A stretch of 64,000 bases of DNA from an uncultured delta proteobacterium (lineage in GTDB: Bacteria; Desulfobacterota; RBG-13-43-22): the NCBI GenBank assembly GCA_963843145.1, contig CAWJJC010000028.1:512001-576000 (forward strand), read 5' to 3'. Each line of letters opens with the position of its first letter. The first letter of the stretch is position 1. The notes under the pieces are model-generated. The model worked only from the letters and a program-made list of their open reading frames with translations. It did no database searches and had not been told where the DNA came from. The position numbers were made by a program, and so were the translations under genes. Positions 50,318 to 60,978 of the stretch are shown one piece after another.

Positions 50318-50736
50318 AAAGCTATCTGCTGGATACTTCCGCGATCTTGACGCTGCGAGACGATGAGCCCGGGGCCGACCGGGTGGCGGATCTGCTGGAG
50401 CAGACTCAACAGGGGCGGGTGCGGTGTCTGGGATGCTTCATCACCCTGATGGAAGTTTTTTATAGCGTTTGGCGGGATGAGGGGGAAGCTGCCGGCCGTT
50501 TGGCCTATGAGCAGTGTCTGACGCTGCCCATCGTCTGGGTTCATGAGTCTCCGAGTTTACTGAAACGGGCAGCGGCGATTAAGGCCAGTCATCTCCTATC
50601 CCTGGCGGACGCCTGGATTGCCGCTGCGGCGTTGGAGCAAGAGGCTGTTCTGATTCACAAGGACCCCGAGTTTCGGGCCGTGGAGGTAAAGCAGGAAGAG
50701 CTTCCACTGAAAAAGAAACGCGGCCGAAGAATCTGA
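50314..50736 (+). CDS. PIN-domain (VapC) toxin
   Basis: YLLDTSA, EVFY, SLADAWIAA, HKDPEF. Confidence 0.9.
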   Translation: MKSYLLDTSAILTLRDDEPGADRVADLLEQTQQGRVRCLGCFITLMEVFYSVWRDEGEAAGRLAYEQCLTLPIVWVHESPSLLKRAAAIKASHLLSLADAWIAAAALEQEAVLIHKDPEFRAVEVKQEELPLKKKRGRRI

Positions 50737-51018
50737 CGGGGCCCGCTCGTTATTTCGGATTTACTTTCCTTAAGGGGGCCTGGCCCTCGCCCGGCTGGTG
50801 GACCTGAAATTTGCCCGGCGCGGGGGCTCTGGATCGGTTTTTCCTGCTTTTCTCCTTTTCCCGGGCTTCTTTTTAGTCTTGTCGTAATGTTCCGGGGAAA
50901 CAAAGGCCTGCAGGCTACCGGCCGATAAGAACAAGATTCCACCCAACAATAATCCGGTCGAATTTCTTATTCAAAAAAGACATCCTTCACCTCTATTTCG
51001 CAAAAACAGTCATTAGGT

Positions 51019-52812
51019 CTATTGTTCTTTTTTCCCTAAGATTTGAACTGCAAGGTCATCCACGGCGATCACGCGATCGGAGTTATTCAGGTTGCCCATC
51101 CCATGGAGTCCCAATTCCGGTCCCTGGGCGGAAAAATTATCGAGCACGAATTTGTAGGTCCGGAGGGTGCCTTCATCATACCATTGCCCATCCCCCAGAT
51201 TATAGTAAAGTAATTTGACCAGGTCTTTATTCGCTGGAACGACATTGGCATTGCAGTCGGTGGGGTTGGTCGGATTGGTGCTGGAATCAGAACGCCGTCG
51301 GCATAGGCCGGGTTGAAATCAACTGTACCGGGTTTAAGCTCGGGCTTATAGCGGGAGGTGCAGGACCGATTTGGGTGGAACGATGGACAGGGTAAAGAAG
51401 TCAAAAATTAATATTATGACTGGGATTCTTGGAGTTAGATGGATCGACCACCCAGTAATTCAGAATATTGTGGAAGTAGTGCATCGGACTTATTGCATCG
51501 AGTGAAGCTGAATCCCAGCTTATTAGAGGGCCAGGAAGGGAAAAGGGATGGGTCCACCCACTGCGGGGACATCCTTTTACGAACGGATCCGTGCAGACCG
51601 ATCTGGAGTCCTCTGGGCGTTGTAATAGGGCGAGGCATCCCCGTAGAAGATATTGATTTCGTTGACCCTTTGGCCCTGAACGAAGTTTTCCTTAACCCGG
51701 ACCAACAGCAAAGAGTCATCGTTTAACAGCCCATCCACATTATCCTGGGCGCCCAGGACCTTGGGATCGTTTCCCAGTCGGGGGTTGGGATAGAGGGCCG
51801 GGGTGCCCAGGTCGGCATAGGCCAGCCATCTCCGGTGTTCCGCCCCTCCTACAACCCGCTGCTCCCAGAGGACCAGCAACAGATGATTCGCCAGCCCCGG
51901 GGGCTTGATACTGTTGGGAATGAAGTCGTAACCGGCACCGCAGCCGGCGGCGGAATAGGTATAACGCATGAAGGATAACCCGTACCCCTCAAATTTTCCT
52001 GAAACCACCTCGTGCCAGCGAAAATTGAGTCCGGAAACCGCCGCTGACAAACCCATGTACCAGCCCATCTTGGCTTGGATATCATAGTTGACGTGGTTGT
52101 AGTCGTTCCAGGACCTGGAGGAGCGGTTGGTACATATTGGCGTCTGCTTGTCCCACATGAAAGCCGATGTTGCATCCCGGGTTGTCCGCGTCGGGCACCG
52201 GATAGGTCCCCGTATTGGTAAAGGCGGCCCAGTAGAGGTGGAATCCCCCGGTGGCCACGTAGTACGGATGCGGATCATGGTGTGATTATCGGCATCTTTG
52301 AGGCCCGCTTGATTAAACCAATTGAGGTTTTCAAAGGTGGTATTGGACGCCTGCTGATTGAACGGTGGCTCAGCCCGGAAAAAACACGGGTTATTAGGAT
52401 CGGACAGGCTGGGATCAGCACACGAGCGTACCTGGGCCCGGGCCAGTTGCAGCCCATCGTTCCCGTTGACCGTGCCAATAGAGGTGACATCATAATAGGC
52501 CGTCCCGGTAGGCGGGTTTAATTTGGAGGCGGTAAAGCTGAATTGCCCGCGATTGTTATTGAGGGTGAAGGTCCGGTTATGGAGGGTGGTCAGATCAGTG
52601 GTGCAACTCGGATCATTTCCTGTAAGGCAATTGGCCGCATAATTCAATCCCGTCTGGGCCAGTTGGTAGGCTCGGTTACGGTTATTTTCCGTCAATTCGG
52701 TGTAGGCGGAACTGGTGGTGAAGGAATAGATGGCGGCCCCCATACCGCCCAGGGCCAGCATGATAAAGATCAAATAGATGAGGGCAAATCCTTTTGGGTT
52801 GTTACGATCCAT
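51019..52812 (-). CDS. large PilX/MshP-MshQ-like pilin/adhesin (many frameshifts)
   Basis: G^FALIYLIF, RAYQLAQTGLNYA; plausible C-terminus DDLAVQILGKKEQ*. Confidence 0.7.
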
Positions 52813-52878
52813 GTTCCTTCTCCCCTTTTATTTGGGCGTGCATCCCCTTTCGGCCTTTTTCAGCCGGTGCATCGCGGC

Positions 52879-53400
52879 TCAACTCTGTAAGGCCACGCGG
52901 GTAGTGAATGTACGGGTTACATTCACATTCGGCCCTCTCAGACTGAGGGAAATTTGAATAATCCGCAACGCCAGGTCGGTCCCGCCTCCGAGCGTGGTTC
53001 CGCCGGCATTGAGATAGGTAAACTGGAGGCCGTTGCCGATAACCAGGTCGGCTAAAGGCTGGTTGTCCAACCGCAACTGGTCACCCACCTGGCTGAAGGT
53101 ATGGACCTCATTGGCCCCTCCGAAGGTGGCGGTGTAGGTCAGGCTGCCGGCGGTACCGGCGGAAATATCATAGCGCGACCTAATGCTCCGTTGTAAGGGG
53201 ATGTTGCGACAATTCGATGGCCAGGCGATCCAGGGCATTTTGTGCTTTTTGGGATATTTGGCTGTTTTCCCGGGCAAGATTGTAGCCGTCAAAGGCCCGC
53301 TCAGCCCAAAAGATCCCATGAGGGCCATAATGCCCAGGACGACCATCACCACCATGATCTCGATCAGGGTAAAGCCGCGTTGGGATCGAATTAAGTTCAT
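52879..53400 (-). CDS. minor pilin (MshO/PilW-like; frameshifted)
   Basis: G^FTLIEIMVV; AQNALDRLAIEL in alternate frame. Confidence 0.8.
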   Translation of the reverse strand: MNLIRSQRGFTLIEIMVVMVVLGIMALMGSFGLSGPLTATILPGKTAKYPKKHKMPWIAWPSNCRNIPLQRSIRSRYDISAGTAGSLTYTATFGGANEVHTFSQVGDQLRLDNQPLADLVIGNGLQFTYLNAGGTTLGGGTDLALRIIQISLSLRGPNVNVTRTFTTRVALQS

Positions 53401-53853
53401 AGAACTTCCTCGATAACATGTAAAAAGTCGTGTTAACTGGTACCCCGGGCGAGTAGGGCTGACCATGGTTACTTTTAGTATCCGCTCTGCACCGGCCACC
53501 GCGGGCTGTTCGTTTCCTCCGCCGTCAAATCGTGATAAATATATTTTCCAGTACGGCATAAACGCCGAAGTTGTTATTGAAGGAAGACCCGGCCGGACCA
53601 ATACTGGCGGAAAGGGCATCCAGGTTCGATTTCTTTTTATCCAGGAAGGGCCCGGTAAGCCCCGTTGATGCTTTCCATGGCCCGTTGCAGCGCCACAGCG
53701 TCCTGAAGCCACTGGGCCGGCCGGTGGCTTTCGGTGATGCCGGATTGAAAGTAGGGCAGGATCATGACCATGATGATTCCGGCGATGGCGATGGTCGCGA
53801 TGAGTTCGATGAGGGTGAAGCCCTGGAATTGAGTTTAACCGTCGCTTTTTCAT
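53401..53853 (-). CDS. minor pilin (MshD/PilV-like; frameshifted, end approximate)
   Basis: G^FTLIELIATIAIAGII in shifted frame; ILKVTM near C-terminus. Confidence 0.7.
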
Positions 53854-54316
53854 GGGATAAATCCTGTCTCTGGGGTGATGGTGATCGCCGGTCAGCTCCA
53901 TAAACCGTAATGGGTTGGGGGCGCTATCGGGCTGCCATTGGCAGCAATCGGTTGTCCCCGGAAATTGAACCGGATCAGGCCGGTTCCGGCGGTGACCGAG
54001 ACCCCGGAGGGCAGGGTATAGGTTTCCTGAATTAGTGCCGGGAAGGTTAACTGCCGGGTTGGGCACTGCCTCCATTTCGCTGAATCGTATAGTTAGCGGC
54101 GGTAATATTCAAACTCCACACATTCCCCGGCAGGTCACTCATAGCCTTGGATTGCGTGAACCTTAAATTGGCCTTCAGGGCTTCCGCTTCGGCCAGGGAA
54201 TTAAACCCCCGGGGGTTTCCCATGGCAACGATGGCAATCCCCGCTAATATACCCAGCAGGGCAATAACCGTCAGCAGCTCAATGATGGTGAAACCTGAGT
54301 TATCTCTAAAGGACAT
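53850..54316 (-). CDS. minor pilin (MshC/GspH-like; frameshifted)
   Basis: G^FTIIELL, LKANLRFTQSKAM, IRFNFRGQP, ITPETGFIP*. Confidence 0.8.
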
Positions 54317-54640
54317 GGTGACCCGCAAAATAGTATTATTCTTTACTATTGATCGTGAAATTCCGGGAAAAGTTTAATTTTTTCTTTGAGTAGGCCCAAA
54401 AAAAAGCCATTTCGGGGTCCTCTTTGGCCAACCCTTTGCTTTTCCTTGACAATATGCCATAATTGTCTTAACCTATTGAATATGTTTATTTTATTAATAA
54501 TAAGGCCGTATTGGGTTAACCTATTTTTTTCTTGCAATGCCGGTTCTTTTTGATATTAATAGATATTCAAAAGTCTTTCCGGTATCAGGTTTCATTTCCA
54601 AAGATTGAAAACCTCTCTAAGGGTGCTATTTAAAAGTTTT

Positions 54641-54855
54641 TGTCATTCTGAGCGTAAGCGAAGAATCTTGTGCCTTTAGTAAGTTACAAGATCCCTTTCA
54701 GCGCTTACCCTGATCCAAAGACCTAGACCTTTGCGGAGTTTACCCTGAACCGAAAATCGAGATCCTTCGCGGAGTCTACCCCGCCTGTGGCAGGGCTCAG
54801 ATGACAGGAGGCGAAGGGCTGGGGATGATATAAACGAGCTTTTTGCGAATCCATC
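54641..54855. repeat. nested TGTC-type REP elements with one MITE end
   Basis: TGTCATTCTGAGCGTAAGCGAAGAATCT ... GCTCAGATGACA ... TTTTTGCGAATCCATC. Confidence 0.7.
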
Positions 54856-54910
54856 AGGTTTAATACTCGTTCCCGTGATAAGCCATCGGCTGTAAAGGAA
54901 AATCGGACTT

Positions 54911-56668
54911 ATGCCGTCTGGAAAAAATCAGTGGGTTGGTTTGGACATCGGCACTCAGTCCATTAAAATCATTACTTGCGAAAAAAAGAGGGGTCGTTGG
55001 CTCCTAACGAATTACCAATATCACCAAACCACCGGCAACTGGGACGATGACCCTGTAGGGTATGAGAAGTGGGTTCAGGAGACCTTAAAGAAATCCATTA
55101 ATCAAATGGGGTTGGCAGGGGCCTTGGTGAGCAGCCCGCTTTCGGGAACCCAGGTTGCTCTGCGGAAGATGAGTTTCCCGAACATGCCCCTGGAAGAGAT
55201 CAAGGAGGCCGTTCGTTTTCAGGGGAAGGCGGCCTTCCCTTTTTCTCTGGACAACGCCGTCGTGGATGCGGCCTGGGCGGGCAAGTCCCAGGAACAGAAG
55301 GAATCCCAACAGGATGTACTGGCCGCTGCCGCCATCCGGGATTTGGTCGACCAACGGGTGACCTTGTTAAAAAGTGTGAATCTTCTTCCCTCATGCCTGA
55401 GCTTGGTTCCTTTGGCCCTGAAAAAAACCTATTTTCTCAACTCCGGTCGCCCAACGAACGAATCCGTAGCCTTGATTGATATTGGCGCCCATGCCAGCAC
55501 CATTGCCATGATTCAAAACGAGGAGGTGGTTTTTTCCCGGGAGATCGGCCTGGGTGGAGGGCATTTCACCGAAACATTGATGGACCTTTCCCGTTCGGGC
55601 CAATCCGGGAAGCCCTTATCTTACGAGGAGGCGGAACGGGCCAAAATAATTTATGGTATCCCCGACCCGGGCCTGGAGCAGGAACAGACCGAAGAAGGGA
55701 TTCCACTTGAAGGAATTCGGGACGGTTTGATGCCGGTGGTTGACCGTTTGATCATGGAGATCGACCGGTCTTTCGGCTATTACAAGACCCAGTCGGAAAA
55801 TCAGACCATCGATCGCATCTTCTTGTCCGGCGGGGGGGCGTTGCTCAAAGGATTGCCTAAGGCCCTGGAGCGCAGTTTTAATATACCCATCGCCGAGTAT
55901 GATTTCTGGGAAAATCTGGATATCGGCCCGGAGATCAACGGCGAGGTCTTTGGCCGGGAATATCCGCTTTTCATCATTGCCATTGGTTTGGCCACCGATG
56001 ACCGACCCGCCATCAATCTTCTTCCCTTTGCCCCCAAATCTTCCCGGCAATCCTATTGGGAGACCGGGAAGAAAGCCCTGGCTTATGGGGTCCTACCTGT
56101 TTTATTTACCGGTTTTTTGGCCTACCAGGTTCTAAGCGTGCGATCGGATTTGGCCCAACTCGATAAAAAGATTGCCACCCGAAAAGGGGAACTGACCCGT
56201 TTAGACAAGGCCCAACAAGAATTGGATAAGCTCAGACAACAGGAAGTTGAACTGGACCAAAAACTAAGTGTCTATCCTCCTGAAATGGTGGAAAAAACCC
56301 CGGTTCAGGAGACCCTCAGCCGGATCAGTCAAAAAGTCCCCCCCAATATAACGCTGACCAGCTTTTCATTGATCATGGATCCGGCCAAAGAGGGGAAGTC
56401 TGCCGAAAAGAAGGCCAACGAAGAGGAAAAAGGAATAAAAACGGAGAGGAGTCCTCAAGGAGGCCTTCGGCCGAAAGGTGGGGGGAATATCCAATTGAAA
56501 GGGATAGCCTACGGACCTGGTGACGAGGTTCTCCGGTCGCTGGAGGCCTTCAGCCGCGGTCTGGAAACGGTGGATTCTTTCAGCGGGGTTCGATTGGAGG
56601 ACGTCAAGCGGAACGATACGTTTAAAACTCCGGCAGCGGATTTTTCCCTGTCGGTCCGAATCAACTAG
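54911..56668 (+). CDS. pilM: type IV pilus assembly PilM-PilN fusion
   Basis: GLDIG..SIK, LIDIGA, EIDRSFGYY, LSGGGA actin fold then INLLP, TM and coiled coil. Confidence 0.88.
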   Translation: MPSGKNQWVGLDIGTQSIKIITCEKKRGRWLLTNYQYHQTTGNWDDDPVGYEKWVQETLKKSINQMGLAGALVSSPLSGTQVALRKMSFPNMPLEEIKEAVRFQGKAAFPFSLDNAVVDAAWAGKSQEQKESQQDVLAAAAIRDLVDQRVTLLKSVNLLPSCLSLVPLALKKTYFLNSGRPTNESVALIDIGAHASTIAMIQNEEVVFSREIGLGGGHFTETLMDLSRSGQSGKPLSYEEAERAKIIYGIPDPGLEQEQTEEGIPLEGIRDGLMPVVDRLIMEIDRSFGYYKTQSENQTIDRIFLSGGGALLKGLPKALERSFNIPIAEYDFWENLDIGPEINGEVFGREYPLFIIAIGLATDDRPAINLLPFAPKSSRQSYWETGKKALAYGVLPVLFTGFLAYQVLSVRSDLAQLDKKIATRKGELTRLDKAQQELDKLRQQEVELDQKLSVYPPEMVEKTPVQETLSRISQKVPPNITLTSFSLIMDPAKEGKSAEKKANEEEKGIKTERSPQGGLRPKGGGNIQLKGIAYGPGDEVLRSLEAFSRGLETVDSFSGVRLEDVKRNDTFKTPAADFSLSVRIN

Positions 56669-56726
56669 ATTCTTACAGCCAAAAATATTACAAATATTTT
56701 TGGCTAGGGTTAAGGATTTTTATTCC

Positions 56727-57335
56727 ATGGTTCTAAAGACCCGCGAAAAGATTATGATGGCCCTGGCCGCGGCTGTCGTCCTTTATTTTGCTGTCGACTT
56801 TTTGGTCTTGGGGCCCATGCAAAAAGGAATAAAGGCAAAACAGGACCAATTGAAAGGGTTGCAGGAAAAAATGACGGCGGTGACCGCTACGCTACCGGAG
56901 TTAAGTGGGTTGAGGACTCGGTTGGAGAAAAAAAAGCGGTTTTTGGATTCGGCTAAAGAAAAAGTAACGGGCAAAGACCAACTTCGCGTATTTTTGGACC
57001 AGTTGGCCGCGGAAAGCGCGCGCCTTAAGTTGGAAATCAATTCGTTGACCATCGGTCGGGAAACGGATGTGGCGAAATCGGAAAAGTCGTCGACCCCTCC
57101 TGAGGCGGGTAGCAAAGGGTCCGGCCTTGGAGGATCGAAGTTCAGAAAGGTAATGACCGAACTGAATTTGTCCGGCTCCTACGAAGGGGTTATGATCTAC
57201 CTGGCGGAAGTCGAGAAATTGCCGCTGTTCATGGAAATGGATCAGGTCCAAATCGTGGGAAATAAAGATGGGCTGCCAAAAGTGCAATTGTCGATCCATC
57301 CGGGTTTTTTGATGAAGGCGGAAGAAAAGCTGTAG
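56727..57335 (+). CDS. PilO/MshJ-like protein
   Basis: LKTREK-TM-coiled coil, GSYEG...VEKLP. Confidence 0.85.
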   Translation: MVLKTREKIMMALAAAVVLYFAVDFLVLGPMQKGIKAKQDQLKGLQEKMTAVTATLPELSGLRTRLEKKKRFLDSAKEKVTGKDQLRVFLDQLAAESARLKLEINSLTIGRETDVAKSEKSSTPPEAGSKGSGLGGSKFRKVMTELNLSGSYEGVMIYLAEVEKLPLFMEMDQVQIVGNKDGLPKVQLSIHPGFLMKAEEKL

Positions 57336-57384
57336 AAAAGCGGTGGTGAACATCGAACATCGAACATCGAACGTCCAACATCGA

Positions 57385-57840
57385 ATGTTTAAGAGTAAGA
57401 TTATCGTCAATCTTCTCCTGATAGCGGGCTTTTTATTTTTATCAGGGATTGGAAAACCTTGGGCCGCCTCCGAGGAGAAGGGCGATAGATCCCTTTCCCC
57501 GGGGGGCAGAAACCCTTTTGCCTATCCGGCTAAAATTCTCAAAGAAATGACTCTGGCTAAGAAACCGGAGGGAAAACCGGGGGTCGAGGTCCCCCCCGTC
57601 GCCAAGATGTATACCTTATCCGGCATCCTCTGGACCGACAGGGGCGGGGTGGCCTCCATCAACCAGCGCATCCTGCGGGAGGGAGAAACCCTGGACGAAT
57701 ATAAGGTGACCCGAATAGAACCCGGGAAGGTGGTTTTGAAAAAGAGTGACGAAGAGCTGATCCTCAACCTGTATCAGAGTCCGGTGGTCATCACCCGGCA
57801 TGGAGATCGTTTCCAATCTAAATTTAAACGAAAGAGATAG
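57385..57840 (+). CDS. PilP/MshK-like protein
   Basis: RNPF, LSGILW..ASIN..REGE..VTRIE. Confidence 0.78.
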   Translation: MFKSKIIVNLLLIAGFLFLSGIGKPWAASEEKGDRSLSPGGRNPFAYPAKILKEMTLAKKPEGKPGVEVPPVAKMYTLSGILWTDRGGVASINQRILREGETLDEYKVTRIEPGKVVLKKSDEELILNLYQSPVVITRHGDRFQSKFKRKR

Positions 57841-57872
57841 CGGCTAAGACCAGATGTCCGGGGCGAGTATCC

Positions 57873-58080
57873 CGAAGCATGAAAATTTATGTTTATTCAA
57901 TTTGTTTAGGTCGTCATTCCGGCGAACGCCCTTCGGCTAGCTCAGGGCCATGAGCATTGTCGAATGGCCGGAATCCAGGGCAGTGAAGGTCCTGGGTCAC
58001 CTGGATCCCGGATCGAGTCCGGGATGACGGCAAAAACAAAACGCCTAAAAAGCGGTGATCAATTCTATTTTCGTATTAAT
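57873..58080 (+). mobile_element. composite MITE (copy 3, different loop insert)
   Basis: CGAAGCATGAAAA ... CGTCATTCCGG..GGAATCCAG..CTGGATCCCGG..GGATGACG ... TTTTCGTATTAAT. Confidence 0.8.
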
Positions 58081-58130
58081 TCTGGTTATTGAAATCTGAA
58101 TTCCGTTGAAATAAAAGGGAGGGGTGCCTT

Positions 58131-59899
58131 ATGCGCCGATTTTTTATTTTCGTTTTCCTCGCTTTCTTGTGGCCGGCTGCGTTGATCCTCTCCGGTTGCA
58201 CGATCGATTCTAAGGTGGCCCGTATCCCAAAACCACCACCGGCTCTCAACCCTCCCCCGATTCAAGCCCAAGCCCCGGAGTTGCCTTCCGAACTGCCGGC
58301 ATTGCAGTCGTTGCCCAAGCCCAGCGAAATGGAAGGGGAGGTTTTCAAGGAGCGGCTTTATTCTCTGTCCTACCGGGATGCCGAAATCCGGGATGTGCTG
58401 ATGGCCTTTTCCCGGGAAAGCAGCTATAACATCATCGTGGACCCGGAGGTCACCGGAAGGGTCACTGTGGACCTGAAACGAGTGACGATGTTTAAGGCTT
58501 TGAATTCATTGCTAAAACCACTTGAATTGGAATATGAACAGGAAGGGAATTTTATTAAAATAATAAAACCCAAGATGGTGACTCGGGTCTATGATGTTAA
58601 CTATTTAACGCAACTAGATCTGGGAAGTCTTCAGTGGTCGGTTCATCTACGGGCTCAACTTCGACCGGTACTACGACTTCATCGGGGACTACTACTTCCG
58701 TTACTGGTAGCGCCTCATCTTGGTTAGTAAGCGAGGATAAAGCTGATTTTTGGGAACAATTAAAGGGCGAAAAAAATAAAGATGGTGAATATGTAGGAGG
58801 GATATCGGAACTACTTACTAAATCGAAGGTTAGTGAGGCGAAAGCGGATGCATCAACACAGCCAGGGTCTCCAGCGACGACGGGTGCCAGTGGAAAACAA
58901 CCGCGAGTGAAATCAGAACAAGGAACGATGGTTATTAACCGAACTACTTCAACAATAATTGTTACAGATTACCCAAAAGTGCACCAAGCGGTAGAAAAGT
59001 ATTTGAACAGAATTATGGGGGTGTTAAATAGACAAGTCTTAATTGAAGCCCAAATAATTGAAGTAACGTTGAATGATAACTATCAGCTAGGAATTGATTG
59101 GCGTTTTTTACCTCAGATGACCAATGCCGGTTTTGGTTGGACGGCCAGTCAAGGTGTTTCCGGAACCTCTGGAACTATTCCCAGCAGTTGGGCTGTTCCG
59201 GCAGCAACCACCGGGGTAACGGCCGGAATAAGCACATTGGCTTTTACTAGTATGGTAGATGCCTTATCTCAGCAAGGGCACGTAAATGTGATTTCCAAAC
59301 CAAGGGTCTCCACCCTGAACAATCAACGGGCCGTTATTAAGGCGGCAACGGATGATGTCTATTTTGAAATTAGTATCAGCACCAGTACCGGCGGTCCTCC
59401 CATAATAACCGCAACGCCAAGGGTGGTTACGATTGGTGTAGTCCTGGATGTAACCCCTCAGATCGACGCCGAGGGAAATATATTATTAGATATTCAACCA
59501 AGTGTTACCGAAGAAGTTTCGCGTCGGACCCAGCAGGTTGGGGTGTCAGGGACAACGCCGATCCTGACGGAGGCACCAGTGGTATCGGTGCGCCAAGCCC
59601 AAACAGTAGCCCGGGTTAAGGATGGCCAGACCATCGTTATCGCCGGTCTTTTAAGAGAGCGGAAAAAAAATGTTGATACGGGAGTTCCAGGATTGATGGA
59701 AATCCCATTGTTGGGTTATTTATTTAGAAATACCCAAGAAGTCAAAGAAAAATCTGAGTTAGTATTTCTTATTACTCCGCATATTCAGAGTGGGCCACAG
59801 ATTCTAGATTTTACCCGCCAGGGTCTGGACCGTGCCCGGGATTTACAAAAGAAGAAACGTTTGGATGAAAGGGTATTTTGTCCCACCTGTCCTGAGTAA
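58131..59899 (+). CDS. mshL: secretin, MshL-like lipoprotein (frameshift near 58615)
   Basis: LSGC lipobox, YDVNYL, DFW, QVLIEAQIIEV, GIDW, PGLMEIPLLGYLF, ELVFLITP. Confidence 0.85.
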
Positions 59900-59973
59900 T
59901 TTTTCTTATTTATGGTTTTTTGTTCAAAGGGTAGAGAGATATTCTCAGAATGAAATATGTAAGAACTTAATCT

Positions 59974-60978
59974 ATGATCGCCTCCAAGATTTACCAGGAC
60001 TTTTACGGCCTTCGAGAGAAGCCTTTTAATCTGACTCCGGACCCTAAATTTCTGTGCCTGACGGAGAAACACCAGGAGGCCCTGGACCACTTAACCTTTG
60101 GCCTGGAACAGAAAACCGGGTTTATTATGCTTTTGGGGGAAGTGGGGGCCGGAAAAACTACCGTCTGTCGGGCTATGTTGGAAAAACTGGATGAGGGGTA
60201 TGCGGCGGCTTTGATCCTCCACCCCTTCCTGGCCGAAGAAAATTTGCTGGAGACCATTCTTCGGGACCTGGGGGTAATTCCCCGAGGGGAATCCAAAAGG
60301 GAATTGCTGGAGCAGTTGAACGCCTTTATCCTGGCTCGAAAAGTGGAGGGGAAAACCGTAGTACTTATTTTTGACGAGTCCCAGAATCTCAGCCCGAAGG
60401 CCCTGGAAGAGATTCGGATTTTATCTAACCTGGAGACCGACAAGGAAAAATTGCTGCAGATCATCTTGATCGGCCAGAAGGAACTGGAAACCAAGTTAGC
60501 TCGCCAGGAATTGAGACAACTCAATCAGCGAATCGGTGTCCGTTATTATTTGTACCCGTTGACCCGTGAAGAAACGGGCCACTATATTGCCCATCGATTG
60601 CAAGTGGCCGGCGACCAGGGCAGGATTCATTTCGCTAGAGGCGCTGTTCGGGAAATCTATTCCTTTTCCCAGGGCATCCCCCGCCTCATCAATTTAGCCG
60701 CCGATCGCGCCCTATTGGCCGGTTATGTGAAGGGAACCAAAAACCTCACCCGGGAAATGGCCAGGAAGGGTATCCGCAGTTTATCCAACCGGCCGGATCC
60801 CCAAGCAAGACGGTTGCCGCAGGAATCGTTGACCCCGGCTTCTCTTTTGATTTTGGCGTTTATCATCCTGGGGGGATTTTTTCTGCTCTGGGCCTTAAGC
60901 CACTATTGGGAGTGGTGGGAGGCCCCGAATCAATTTATTCTAACCATTCCGGCGGGGTTGATACGGGAGTATGCATGA
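59974..60978 (+). CDS. ExeA/MshM-family AAA ATPase
   Basis: PFNLTPDP, GEVGAGKTT, DESQNL, GIPRLIN. Confidence 0.9.
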   Translation: MIASKIYQDFYGLREKPFNLTPDPKFLCLTEKHQEALDHLTFGLEQKTGFIMLLGEVGAGKTTVCRAMLEKLDEGYAAALILHPFLAEENLLETILRDLGVIPRGESKRELLEQLNAFILARKVEGKTVVLIFDESQNLSPKALEEIRILSNLETDKEKLLQIILIGQKELETKLARQELRQLNQRIGVRYYLYPLTREETGHYIAHRLQVAGDQGRIHFARGAVREIYSFSQGIPRLINLAADRALLAGYVKGTKNLTREMARKGIRSLSNRPDPQARRLPQESLTPASLLILAFIILGGFFLLWALSHYWEWWEAPNQFILTIPAGLIREYA

